DNA of 63,432 nucleotides, the filler included, from Choristocarpus tenellus KU-1152 (taxonomy: Eukaryota > Protista > Phaeophyceae): the NCBI GenBank assembly GCA_964200185.2. It is 10 parts of 10 records of this genome, joined end to end, with 100 filler letters (N's around TTAATTAATTAA, not from the genome) between each part and the next. Parts side by side here need not be neighbours in the genome. Positions count along the whole stretch, not along the records: positions 1 to 19,906 come from CAXNAD020000434.1; 9 more parts are not named here. One strand, 5' to 3'. Below, in pieces: positions 1 to 11,835 of this stretch. The translations under genes and the position numbers were made by a program. The notes beneath the pieces were generated by a model. That model ran no database searches. It was not told the DNA's origin and saw nothing but the letters and a program-made list of their open reading frames with translations. The first letter of the stretch is position 1, and every line of letters begins with the position of its first letter.

Positions 1-1513
1 GACAAGGAAATGCGCGCGCAATACATGTATGTGGGCGCGTGGGTGTGGATTGGACTGAGATCAGGTCCCAACGGGACCTGTCCGTCGCATCACCCCCCCC
101 CCCAATGTGGGCTCTGTCTGGACACGAGAAAAAAAAATGAATGACAGCCACGTGGGAGAAAACCCCCCCGAATCGTATGGGTATCCGAACAACGCTCATA
201 TATTCAATTTGGAGGAGTTCCTTGAAATGTTATCCTCAACAGAGGTTGGAACCCAAAAGTTGTTCATGGTGTAAAACATATCGTTGTACCTCCAATAAGC
301 CGGGGGGGTTATGAAGACAACATCCCTGGAATTTTGGTAACAAAAAAGGGTGCGTGGGTTATTGTGGTGATCAAGCAATAATGCCTCAGCTAGTGTAATT
401 GTGATGGGTAACTATTGTCCCCCACTCTTGGTTGTGGGTTGCACTAGCCCACAACAGGTGTCTCAAGAGGAATTGGACTGAGTCGGAGGGTTTTGAAGGA
501 ATTGGATGAGTGATAACTTTTTTATGGGTGGATCATTACCTTGAATTGTTGCCTTGCTTCCCTGAAAGCAAAAGGTCATATATCCTGTCTTGTCAGGAAA
601 GGGTTGTCCCCTTCCACTATGAAGAATTTGCATACTTTCTAATCCTTTGGTTTGAAAGTGAAAAACGTACATTCTCACCTTCAGGTATTGTTGTTAGTAA
701 CCCTAATATCCGGAGTTCTGGGGTGATGAAATTCAACTTTCTTCCAGTTCCAATCTTTTCGACAATGTGGAGCAGAAACCATGTACCCGCCAACAAGGAA
801 CACAGTGACTGTCACCTCACTGGGTGAGCTCAAAACAACTCTCTTATTTACTGAAGGGGGTAACCATCGAGAGAGCCTAGGAATCTTAACGATTTCCGGC
901 TTAAGACAAAAGGATTCAAGCCTATAAATGATAATCCCAAGTATTCACATCAATTAATATTTTTGAGGATGTGGTGAAAGCAAGCTTGGAGATTAATAAA
1001 GAGGTGCAAGGGGATCTTCCGTTCTAAACTCGACAAAAAGGGATAAAGCCGTGACCACCCTACATGTATGTATGAACCCATCAAACTATCCATTGGAGTG
1101 TGGTAAAAAAAAAAGTGTGCTCAAGATAAGAGAAAAACGTCAACAACCTAGCGGGGAAGTCGTCTACGGGTTTGCCTTGAAAAAGGATTAAACCTTCATC
1201 TCTACATCTTTAAGTGGAGTCTGATGCTGTATCAAGACAGAAATTATGTTGTGAGCAGTAGATGTAGTCACAGGGACATCACTTTTAGGGTTCAAAGCAA
1301 GAGTGTGTTGAATATTGTCGGGAGCGATGGCAGCAATTTGTTGAGCCAGGTGTGTTTGTGAAGAGTGTAATGGTTCTTCGGCTGTTGTGGCAGATGGTGG
1401 TGGAGAGGGTTGGAAAGACTTTAGCGTAGATACACCTTGGTCACAGAGATCTTTTGAAGACTTTAGCGTGAGTACACTTTGGTCAGAAGAGTATCCAGAT
1501 TGTGTCGTCATCT

Positions 1514-4210
1514 GTACGCTTCAATCATCTTTGCAGACTGAGTTGTTTTTTTTGCTTTCCGCCATACATCACTAGGTGGTGCAAAACCTCAAAATCTAAG
1601 CCGGTACGAATAATTATGTGGGGATTTACGGTCCACTCCAGGTTTATGGTCTGCAGTGTCCTCAACAAACTATGACCCTGAAGTTGGTTGAATGCTGGAA
1701 CTTTGTTCAATATCTGGTTCAGGTATTGTTCTGCCCAAAATAAATAATTAAGCGTCAATGTCTGGTTCAGGAGGGTGGCCCTCATTGTGTGGTTTATGTC
1801 GTGCTATATGCACCGTTATTTCTTGCTGATCAGCCGGAGCCTTCGCGCGGTAGACTGCTGGAGTTATCCTCTCGTTCATTTCATATGGTCCTCTCCATGA
1901 GGACAACAAGCTGGGGTTGGGAACGTCTGCGGGAGTACGGGGTTTGTGTAGCCACACTTAGCACCAACTTCGTAAATAGGAATGGTATTTTCAGTGGCCT
2001 TGTACTTGTTGAGCAAAGTCATTTCACCAAGTATTCCGTCAAGCAAGTTCATATGCCAGTTGTAACATATCCACTGTTTGTTTACTGTCATCTTGGGTAG
2101 AGATAGGCATTGCTTCTGGTTCTCCCAAAAAGATACCGATTGGTAATGAGGGACGTCTCCCAAACATCAATTGAAATTATGTTTATTGTATAGTGTTAAT
2201 AGAAGCGGTATTGTGAGCAAAATGAAAAAAAGGCAGCAATGACGCCCAATCCGATTGCTTCATAATAGAATGCATAGCTAGCATGCGAGGCATTGTCTTA
2301 TTAATCCTTTCAAGGATGCTATTGCCTTGAGGTTGATACCGTATTGTTTTTATTTTCTTGTATCCATAGATCTTTTGGATATCCAGGACCAAATTATTTT
2401 CGAATTCCTTACCCTGGTCTGAGTGTAAGGTTTCTGGGGCGTGAAGAAGAGAAAACATTCGTTCGGATAACGCTTTTGGTATAGTTGCCTCTCGTTTGTC
2501 AGGGATAGCACTGAGTAAAGCAAACCGTGGTAAATGGTCCACAGCAGATAAGGCATAATATGTGTTTTTTTCTGATTGTGTTTCGTATTACGCCAAATTG
2601 CCACTCTCTGAAATGGGCGTGTTACTGGCATATGCCCTGGAAGTTTTGACGGGTTAGAAAGGTATGTTTTTTTGGGTTTAGCATGGCTGACATGTTTCAC
2701 GCCAAGTTTTGGACATCTTTATGTCAAGTGGGCCACCAATAGCAGTCACGTATCCGGTCAAAGTGTGCTTCAATGCAAGGTGTCCAGAGACCTTATGATC
2801 ACGAAGGGCATGGAGTATTAAACCTTGTACCTCAGTGGGTGCCACTAATTGATTTCAGAATTTGTAGTTTTTTTCAAGGTGACTGGACTGATAAAATTTG
2901 AATAGCATCTGTTTGGCCTTCATCTCTTCTTGTGTGAAAAAGTGGAACATGGTATACATTGTTCCATTGTTTGGTAAAATGACTTTTTCTGGGTTAGTCA
3001 AATGTTTGAAATAGTGTGACAGGCGAATAGCGCGAACATTTCTTCTTGTGTTCTTACAAGGTGCGAGGATTTGTTACATGCGAATAGTGCGAGCATTTCT
3101 TCTCATGTTTTAGCAAACACGAACATTTGTGACAGACGTAAAGTGCGAGGATATTTTATTATTATGCCCTCTGACATTTTGCAGATAGATGTGTCAGGGG
3201 GGAAACCAATGAAAACTGTAAGTGCGAGGATTTTTTCTCGCGTTCTAACAAGTGCGAACAATGTACGATATTAGTAACACATAGGTAGCCTTACAGAATA
3301 AATGATGATTTCGTAGAAAATACAGAGTAAGAGTCGGAATGCATGCGTAACATTACAGAAGAAAATGTCGAAGTCCCTAAGAAGTTGCAGAATAAAGGTT
3401 TATGATTGGAGTACGTGTAGAGCAGTTGCATATAAGACCAAAGAAATTGGGTAGATGATCAAAATAATAAGAGGGCTTTTCGTCAAAACCATCACCCTTC
3501 TTACCTTCAGTCCTTATCCTTATCTCGAACGAAACTTTGAGTCGAGCTTTGAGCTAAGCACTGAGTGGAATATCAAGAGAGAAGGATACCTGACACCCTA
3601 CAAACTGTTTTCAAGGGCAACGTTCCCATAGCGTCGTTTTAACGTTGTTGGATTTGAGTGGCATATATCCTGTGGAGGGGAGTTCTGGGGGGCACGCTGT
3701 AACATGGAGGTCCTACCGAGACTTCCGCCCAGTAACAATAGTCTACATATTGAGCTTGCTGAGCTTTGAATAGTACTTCAGGATAATCTATAGAGAAAGG
3801 ATTAACAAGGCTAGTGAGTAGTTCCGTAACGTTTTATACTCTGGCAATTACACCTAGTTTATCCACTGATAGATAATATGGCAGGTAAACCTTGGCTATG
3901 GAGACATCCGAATCTGTTTGATCTATATTGCGGCACAGGGGGGCTAGTGGAAGTGGTGTTTCATCCAACACAAATTCCTCCAACTGTGTTAGGGATAAAG
4001 TATGAAGTCAAAGGATTGTAAGGCTAGCGCCCACCAGGTCAACATATTGGAAGAATCTTGCATTGTATGTAACCAACGAAATGCCGAATGGTCACTTACA
4101 ACTGTACAGCCCTTACCCCAAACATATGGGCGCCAATGTGGGATGGCAAGGATGACGGTCAGACATTCTTTCTGAGTTGCTGAATATCGTCTTTAGGTTT
4201 AGTTAAATTA
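1514..4210 (-). mobile_element. Decayed Ty3/gypsy retrotransposon pol 3' half (RNase H, integrase, chromodomain)
   Basis: Minus-strand motifs in gypsy order: RNase H (VVSDHSAFRWL...LTWWALA, ~4020-4170), integrase HHCC region (LRDHKVSGHL ~2780-2810; CQPC ~2690), integrase core (LHSDQGKEFEN, YQPQGNSILERINKT, 2183-2542), GPY motif (WRGPYE ~1890), chromodomain (1514-1670). Many stops and frameshifts. Confidence 0.9.
3015..3737 (-). mobile_element. Solo LTR (family B) nested in the gypsy pol
   Basis: TG..CA ends and a 4-bp TSD ATAG (3011-3014, 3738-3741). Removing it restores the host frame AQQAQYVDY-FKHLTNPEK. Homologous to 49814-50329. Confidence 0.8.
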
Positions 4211-4559
4211 ATTAGTCAAACCGATTCAGGTAAAAATACTATACATGTAAAAGGAAATATACTTCTTAGAGAGAATGTTAAAAATAAAAGCAAACAAGAT
4301 TTATTTAAATTACAATCTGGTTTTTCAGAACAAACAGAAATAGATATAAAATCTTATTATCAAGATTTTGTAAATACGGGTGTGGACTATGGTTCAAGTT
4401 TTTACTTAAAAAGTGGACTATGGTAGGCTACAATTTGGAAACTATTGTCCTCATTTTATGTACCAAAAAATGTTCTCATGCCAACATCACTAGTGTCCAC
4501 GCGAATGAATACTCCCTAGTAAATCTGGAAAGCTTATCACCAGCACCATAGTTATTAGA

Positions 4560-7500
4560 TGTTTACACTCATCAAAATAATTTCGTTGTAGTCATCCTGG
4601 TGCTCATATGCATAATCTCTGGACCTGTTCGAGTGTCAAATTGTTGAGTTATCAACTGCTGGGTCGGATCCCAGAGAAAAGTTGCAAAGATCTGGATATG
4701 ATATTAGATTCCCATGTCTTTTATTTTAAAATAATGTTTCAGTCTATTTGAGTGACAACCTATCAAACACAAACCTCCTGACCACTGGGCAGGATACCAA
4801 TTAATTAGAAAAGGCATAAACAAAACGCCCTTTTATCAGACACAGTTATGCCTTGTCGCTCTTCTTTCTCTGCCTCAAGGAGTTTGATATCTTTAATGTC
4901 TTTGACAGAATTTTTCACCTAAAACGGTGGTTAGAACGACATGCTGTACTTACCTGTCAATGAGTAACTTGAACCAGGTTGAACATGGCTGTCAGGATTT
5001 AGAAAACTACGCGAACTCATTAAGGCTGCCATCTATCAAGTCTCTGAGTATGTGCTGAATGGCATTATGCTCTGTGACCTCCAGCAAGACTTCACATTCC
5101 TCTCCAATTTCGCCCTGGATCGCAAAACCGATACCCCAATTGGTTTATCAAAGAGGAAAGGGACCCACCCTGGTTTGTCCGTCACCTCCCTTTCTTGCTT
5201 CTGTGGGTCTCCCAGGGTATGTCTTCGAACAAATCAGTTGTCAGGATTGAGGATGTACCAGGTGGGTTTGGTGGAGGTGACGAGGTCTTATCTAGAGAAG
5301 GTTGAGCATTGCCTTTGCATCCTCAAACTCGTACTACTTGTCTTCAGACACATCTTTGTTTGATGCCGTTATGGTAATAATGCGAGACGAGAAAGTGCAA
5401 CCAGTCAAAATGAAAACTCTCGAAATTAACTCTCTTCTACTAGAGAAGAAATTAACTCATTTGTAGAACAAAAAAAAAGTCCAATTGCTGAAAATAGTGT
5501 CGTCAAACCTAGGATGCTTTCAAGGTTGATAGACTATATAATACACCAGGACTGGGTTCACTATGGACTGATAGTGAGAATAGTCCAACCACTAAAATGG
5601 GAAATCAAATGCGGGTTGACCACTCCCTGAAGAGGAAATGTCACCCTACTGACAGATTCTACAAACCAATCTTTATATCTACAGATCAATCTACTGACTT
5701 CGAAAATTAACAGAAAAAAATCTGGTGTCTCTGACTGCTTTCACTTATAATGATGTGTTAATCTCTCTCCAGAAAGAAGAATGGTTGGAAGCAATGCAGG
5801 AAGAGATGAGTAATAGAAAACACAATGTTTTTGACCTAGTCTAGGCACCCCCAAATCGAAAAATTATTTCCTCTAGGTGGATTTTTTGAACGAAACCAGA
5901 TGCGTGGGTCAAGTCGCTAGAACTGGTTAGTCAGTATCTTGCAGTCCGGTCCGTAGCATTCAGAATATGAGATTACTGCTCATTATCGCAAACAATTGAA
6001 ACTGGGAATTCTCACATTTGGACATGAACAGCGTGCTCTTTGTGAGACCCCCTGTTGCAAGGAAAAGAGATTTATGTATGCCAAGCCCCAGGATTTGTTG
6101 AAAGAGATAATTTATCTACTGAGATCCCTGTTTGCAAGCTAGAGAAAAGTCTTTATGGTTTAAAGCAGTCTCACAGAAATTAGAACATAGCATTCACAGA
6201 CCCACTTGTGCAATATGGTTTCAAATGACTAGTGAGCGATCCAAGCATGTATATTTTCAGAAACGAAAACGATATCATGATACTACCATTTTATGTTGAT
6301 GATGCATAAACCTTTGGGAGTTCTACCTCACTGGTAGATCAAGTCAAGAAATACCTCATGGACACGTTTGTATTGAAAGATCTCGGTGAAGTCAAGTTGA
6401 CATAGGGGATACAAGTAATGTATGATGATGTTACAGGCAAAATGTCATTGTCTCAAGAAAGTTATGCTAACACCATGAGTCAAAGTATCTTAGAGGGTAT
6501 AGCCGCATCCATTTGGGGGTCAAAACCCAATATTGAGATTTTGATATAATTTTTGCTATCGTGTTTGTTAAGGAAGTGCCAATATCCTTGTTCCAGACAC
6601 ACCTTTTCATAACGTACGCATTTTACCTGTTCCGAAACATTTTGGAGTAGGAAAATGTCCTAAAAAAATCCATCGGAAGCCAAGCCCCAAATAATGGACA
6701 AGCAGGGCAATACTCGTACCCTTGAAGATACTTTCACTCCCATCTTATCTCGATATGGCATGGCTGCATCTAACAGTAACCCCTGGAGACAATCACCCAG
6801 TAGACAAAAATACTCAAAATAGCAGCAAGCTATACAGACCTGGAATTAAATCTTACCAAGAGGTCACAGTGTCATTAGAGTAACTACAAATTTGAGATTT
6901 GCTATTTTATAAATATCTCAATCCATGAATGAACCTACAAACCATGATGTTGCTGCTGTTAGAAAAGCGTTGAGATATCTCAAAGTAACAACTGACTTAT
7001 CCCAAATATACGAAAAGAGGTAAGCTAAAAATGATCGGGTTTTCTGATGCAGCTTACACTAATAACACAAACTTGAGATCTGCAAGTGGTTACACGTTTT
7101 CACCTGGAAATGCCGCTCTAGACTAGAAGTCTAAGAAACAAAATATAATAGCCACTTCATTTACCTAAGCCTAAGCAGAAGTAATTACACTGTATGCTGC
7201 AAACGCAAGAATTTGTTTAACGGAGGACTTCCTTACATGAAACTGATACCTCAGTCAGTAACCCAGTAACCGTAATAGTAGACAACAAGAGTTCCGTGCA
7301 GTTGGATAAGCGCGGATCTTACAATGCCAGAACGAAACTCATTTACTTAAGACGCCTACATGGTAGATTTATCTCAAAAGCAGGATAATTGACATCCAAC
7401 ACGTTGCAGGTGAAAATCAGTTTGCTGACAGTCTCACTAAACACTTGCACAAACCACCTTTTACAAGACACGGACAGGTGTTTTTTCCAGTGCAGACACT

Positions 7501-8081
7501 ACTGAGGTAAGCAAATGATGTAAGGGACATCCAATGCCTGACCATTGAAGAGGCAAATCACACGACTAAACTCTGAAGAAATGATCCATGAGTAAATAAT
7601 CCGATGACACACCGTCCATGATTAACTGAACGAACAACCATTAGGAAAAACCTTTAATGATTGAGCATTAATAAAGTACTGATAGTTTAGTGGTGACATC
7701 GCTAATGGTTTGTATAATTAAATAACAGTCTAGTGATTATACCACTGTGTATTTAATGCGAAGGAGGATTGTATAAGTGAAGTGATACACCACTGACAAC
7801 AACCTCACATTCACCCAGCCTTACATGAAGGGCTGATTCGGTACAAATATCGGAAAATGAGACATCAAATGGTTTTAAGGTCAGGGATTCTTGTGAGATA
7901 ACCCTGTTAATCCTTATTTCTTGGAGCCATCTTTTTTATTTTCGTGTCCCAAACAGTGGCATCTTTTCCTAAGAAGAAAAACATTTTCTATTTTATATCT
8001 TTCCTAGCCTCCTCTCATAGTACTAAGCATCAATGAGTTGGATGACAGTTCACCAATCTGAAGTGTGTGGCACACTACACA
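4560..8081 (+). mobile_element. Decayed Ty1/copia retrotransposon (integrase, RT, RNase H, PPT, probable 3' LTR)
   Basis: Integrase-like NG..ER region (~4920), RT motifs EEWLEAMQEEM, KSLYGLKQS and FYVDD (5780-6310), RNase H motifs GFSDAAY, VDNKSS and ENQFADSLTK (7030-7445). Purine tract GCGAAGGAGGA precedes TGT at 7771; probable LTR ~7771-8081 ending ..ACA. Confidence 0.9.
6477..6739 (+). mobile_element. MITE family 1 (Sola2-like, ~260 bp) inserted in the copia RT
   Basis: Ends GAGTCAAAGTATCTT..AAGATACTTTCACTC with TSD CCAT on both sides. Excision restores SQESYANT-ILSRYGM. Confidence 0.9.
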
Positions 8082-9216
8082 TCACATTGAAAGAAAGGCC
8101 AATTGCTTAGTCGCGTTTTGAGGAGGCGAATTGTGTGAGAGGCTAATGATTGATCAAGATTAAAAAAAAGAGTTTAATCTTGTGATGTACCGATGCAAAT
8201 GATTAAAAAGTAGGGGAAGGTGCCAGAAATCGAGGAAGTCCATCTACAAGGTCCAGAGCACGTGGTGAAGACAGAAAAGTCACAGAGCTAGTTCTATAGC
8301 ATCATACAAGCTACTAGAGCAATCACGGTACTCCGTAGTGCTTAAGAGCAGTTGCATTCTGCACAAGAACATTATACATAAATTTATCGCATACATTGTT
8401 GTATAACATTTTTGTTTTATGACTATTTGCCTGGACTTGAAGTGTATGCTACAGATAGCTAGAATATGACACTGGCGCTGTCATATAGTGGATTCTACAT
8501 CGAACTTATCTCGATGATTTTTTGGTTCTACCAAGGCCCCCTTTATTGAACTGTTGTTCATTTCTCACTTCTCCACTTCATCCTATCTTCACAGATAGAA
8601 GGATCATACATAGAAAAAATAACCAAGACACCTGCGAACACCAACCAACTTCTCTTCATTCCTCTTCAGGACCCTCAAGAGCCAGGAGTTCAGACTAACT
8701 ACTGCCTTTACAACACTGCATTGTCTCTCTTTGTAAAGCAGAACCAACAACCACTGTATGGAGAGTGTATGAACAATTGATTTCTACGCAGCACACACAT
8801 TACAGATATCTGCACACATGTAGTATATATAATTAAAATTCCCTACCAAAGAAATAATCAAAGACAAAATCTATCCTAGTGGGCAAATGGTTGAAGTACA
8901 CAGTGCGATGTACCCTGGGAACACCGCCGCACCTATCCTAATGAAGGAAGTTGGCAGAGGAGGGATAGCACTGGCAGCAAAATAGAATTTGAGAAACAAA
9001 CAAAAAAATAAACCTAAGATAAAAGTATTGAGTATTCTTGGTGAAACAGCAGTATGTTAATTCTGAACAAAATAGAAACTTGTGGTATTGAATCTTGGGG
9101 TGGATCACTTTTCCTGAATCCAGACAGGAGGAAGATCGATACAAAATGTGAAGGGGGTCTTGGGGTACAGGCTAAATGGGAGACGCGAAGATTGAGATTG
9201 AGTACTTTGTGAGAGT

Positions 9217-11439
9217 TCAATCCTTCAGCACCTCTCCAGAAAACTGATGATAAATGTACCTAGCTTCATCAGTAACCTTGATATTTGCAGTGGTGACGCC
9301 CTGGCGCTTCTGCAGGGGGAAGTGGATTTCAGTGGCATTGCTAAGAAAAGCAGCCCACCAACTGAATGTACTTGTTGCTATCACCAATCTATTTGCACGA
9401 CACATGAAGCAGAAGTCCTGGAACTGCCCTCGTCGTTTGTCCTGTTTTAAGAAATGTAAATTGTGCATTTGGCAGTTTTGAAGAAAAACGCCATTCAAAC
9501 ACATGTTGGAAAAAAATTGCATCATATCAAGCAGCCAACTTCAATGCTGGCAAGAGTCGTGCTGTTGAAAGTAGAGGGGAGGAGGTCCAGAGTTTGCACG
9601 CATTGGGGCATTAATCTAACCCTAACCCTAATCCATTGATTCAGGTACCCTCCAAGTCTATCTATAGGTTTGCAAATTAGTAGTGGTGCAATTGTAGGGC
9701 TCGTCCTAGGAGGAATTTGGGGTTAGGCAAGTTCAATAGAAAGCCAGTACCTCAAAATAAATGACTTGGAAAAATGAGCACAACAAGCCAATCATTGCCA
9801 TGATGTATGTCTACTTCCACCTATAGGGTCAAACAAAAAAATCAAAGACAATTGATCACATTTCAAGATCAACCAAAGGGACTCTTCCCTAACTAGATAC
9901 TGCTCTCTATCTTTCCAGACAAGAGACACACAACCTATAAGAAAAAGGGGGCAATGGCTACCGGGTTAGCGTAGGTGCTTACATTCAATAGGACAGCACC
10001 AAATTCCTCTCTAAGCTGTGACGGCAGCGGGTCATCTGTTCCAAACTGCCCCACCATCCACACCTTCGAAGGCGGGCCCCCCTTCCCATTACTAATATGC
10101 GCAAGAACCTTGCGGTAGTAACTGTAGCCAAGGTCCTAGTAACCATGGTCAGCACGCAGATACAGAGAAGCAGAAGGGTAAGAAGGCATTGAATGGGGGG
10201 TGGGTTGAGGGGGGCGGGGAGGAATCTCGATAACACCATTGACTGTGCTCTACCCATGCTCTGTCCGTAGTATACTCAAATGCGAGTTTACATACGCTGG
10301 ATCATAATCTCCTTGGGCAAATCCCATTGCCAGGCACGACAGAGTAGTCTCTTGTCAATCCCTGCCATAGCTGGTCCTGTCACCACAGTCCCGACTGGTA
10401 GCACTACCTCTACTCCATAGAAGTCGCTACCCAATCTCAATCTGTCACTTCTACACGAACAGCATATATAACATGCGAGATCATCTATTCAATTGGTATC
10501 TAGGTTTCAAGAACAAATGATCTATTCTCCACAAAAAAATTCCATAGGACATCGACTACTGTGCAGTGTCATAACTTGAGTAGTATCTCAATCACGAGGT
10601 GCACAACAAAATGTAATACGTGAATGAGACGAATGTGTACGAAGAGCTCTACATCTGAGACTTCAACATATTCGAGGGTGCAAACCTTGAAGTGCAGCTT
10701 CTTGTACTGTTCTTTAGAAAGCTCCGCTCTGTAGTTGCGGAAGTGGATCACAACATCTTCTGGTCCTGGCCTCAGATCGTCGCAACAAGATCTATCGATT
10801 GCCATAATCTAAACATTTGGGACGTGAGGCAGGGGATGTGTGGCAGATAATCTGACATAACATAAACAAAGGCCCAGATGTGTTGGCATGTATAAGCCTA
10901 CATCGCACCTGCCTCAGATTGCCCTTCGCGTAAGAAAAAAAATTGTAGTTCTGGAACCAGTTCCTCATGATGATTTGACGTGGCTCGACGTCCTTCATCT
11001 CCACTTGGACACCACGAAATTCCTTTACCTCTAGATCTCTCACGGGCACCGAATCGATAGGACGAATCCCTGGGAAGCACTTCATACCCTCCGGAGTTAG
11101 TAACGTCCCAAATTTGGGCTTACTCCAAGCTGTCTTCATGGTGAGCCCCCACCCCAGACTATCTGCCAACGCCCTCGCCGTCGCGTACTCGAACAGATTG
11201 TTGCCAAGTCGCCCCATGAATAACAATTCTATAGACCCAGGACCCCTCGTAGGTTCGGATGTAATGGAAATGTTGTTGGTGTGGGTGGGATGTGGGTTCG
11301 AACCTGGATTTAACTCAGATGTGGTTGAAGTGGTGGGTTGGGGATTCGACTTTCCTACCAAACTGGCGAGGTTCCATATCGCAGTCAGTGCTAGGAGTAA
11401 TAGAAAATAGGAAATGGTAAACCGCCATTTCTCAGACAT
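9217..11439 (-). CDS. GT11-family alpha-1,2-fucosyltransferase-like type II membrane protein (~343 aa, 4 exons)
   Basis: Exons 11439-10909, 10808-10686, 10135-9983 and 9441-9217, all phase 0 GT-AG, 1032 nt in total. N-terminal TM helix and Pro/Thr stem, then GRLGNNLFEYA, VVIHFRNY, YYRKVL and DFCFMCRANRLVIATSTFSWWAAFL (GT11 motifs). Confidence 0.88.
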
Positions 11440-11835
11440 ATTCGCACCTAGAACCAATGTTTATATCCAAACTGTGTGTCTACCGTTATTATACGATCAT
11501 TACAGGAGGAGGAGTAAATAGGAGAGAGGTCCTTGTGTGGAACAGAAAGTATAATCCACCGTCCGTACATCCACCTTCCTTGATCCCCATACATCCATCC
11601 TTTGTCGTTCGTAGATGTTGAAAATGGGAATGGGCAGCCGTCCCCGTGTAAACTCCTCATAGTTCGGCTAGAATCCTGTCCCTTAAGATAATATAGGTTT
11701 ATCAGTGACTCGGTAGGAGGAAGCGGACCGCAGGAGATAGAGCTCGGGGGCAGGGTGGTTCCCTGCCCTCCTTGTTGGATTGCTCTCAACCTCCTCCCCT
11801 TCCCTAGTTGACTGTCAAGCGTTACCGCTGCCAGG
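11440..11835. promoter_or_regulatory. Probable bidirectional promoter between the GT11 gene and AC40
   Basis: About 400 bp separate the divergent ATGs at 11439 (-) and 11836 (+); positional inference only. Confidence 0.4.

Noticed and set aside
3015-3737. Novel extra domain between RNase H and integrase
   Set aside because: It is a nested LTR with a TSD; removing it restores the pol frame.
9985-10257. Separate small membrane-protein ORF
   Set aside because: It overlaps exon 3 of the GT11 gene in a different frame.
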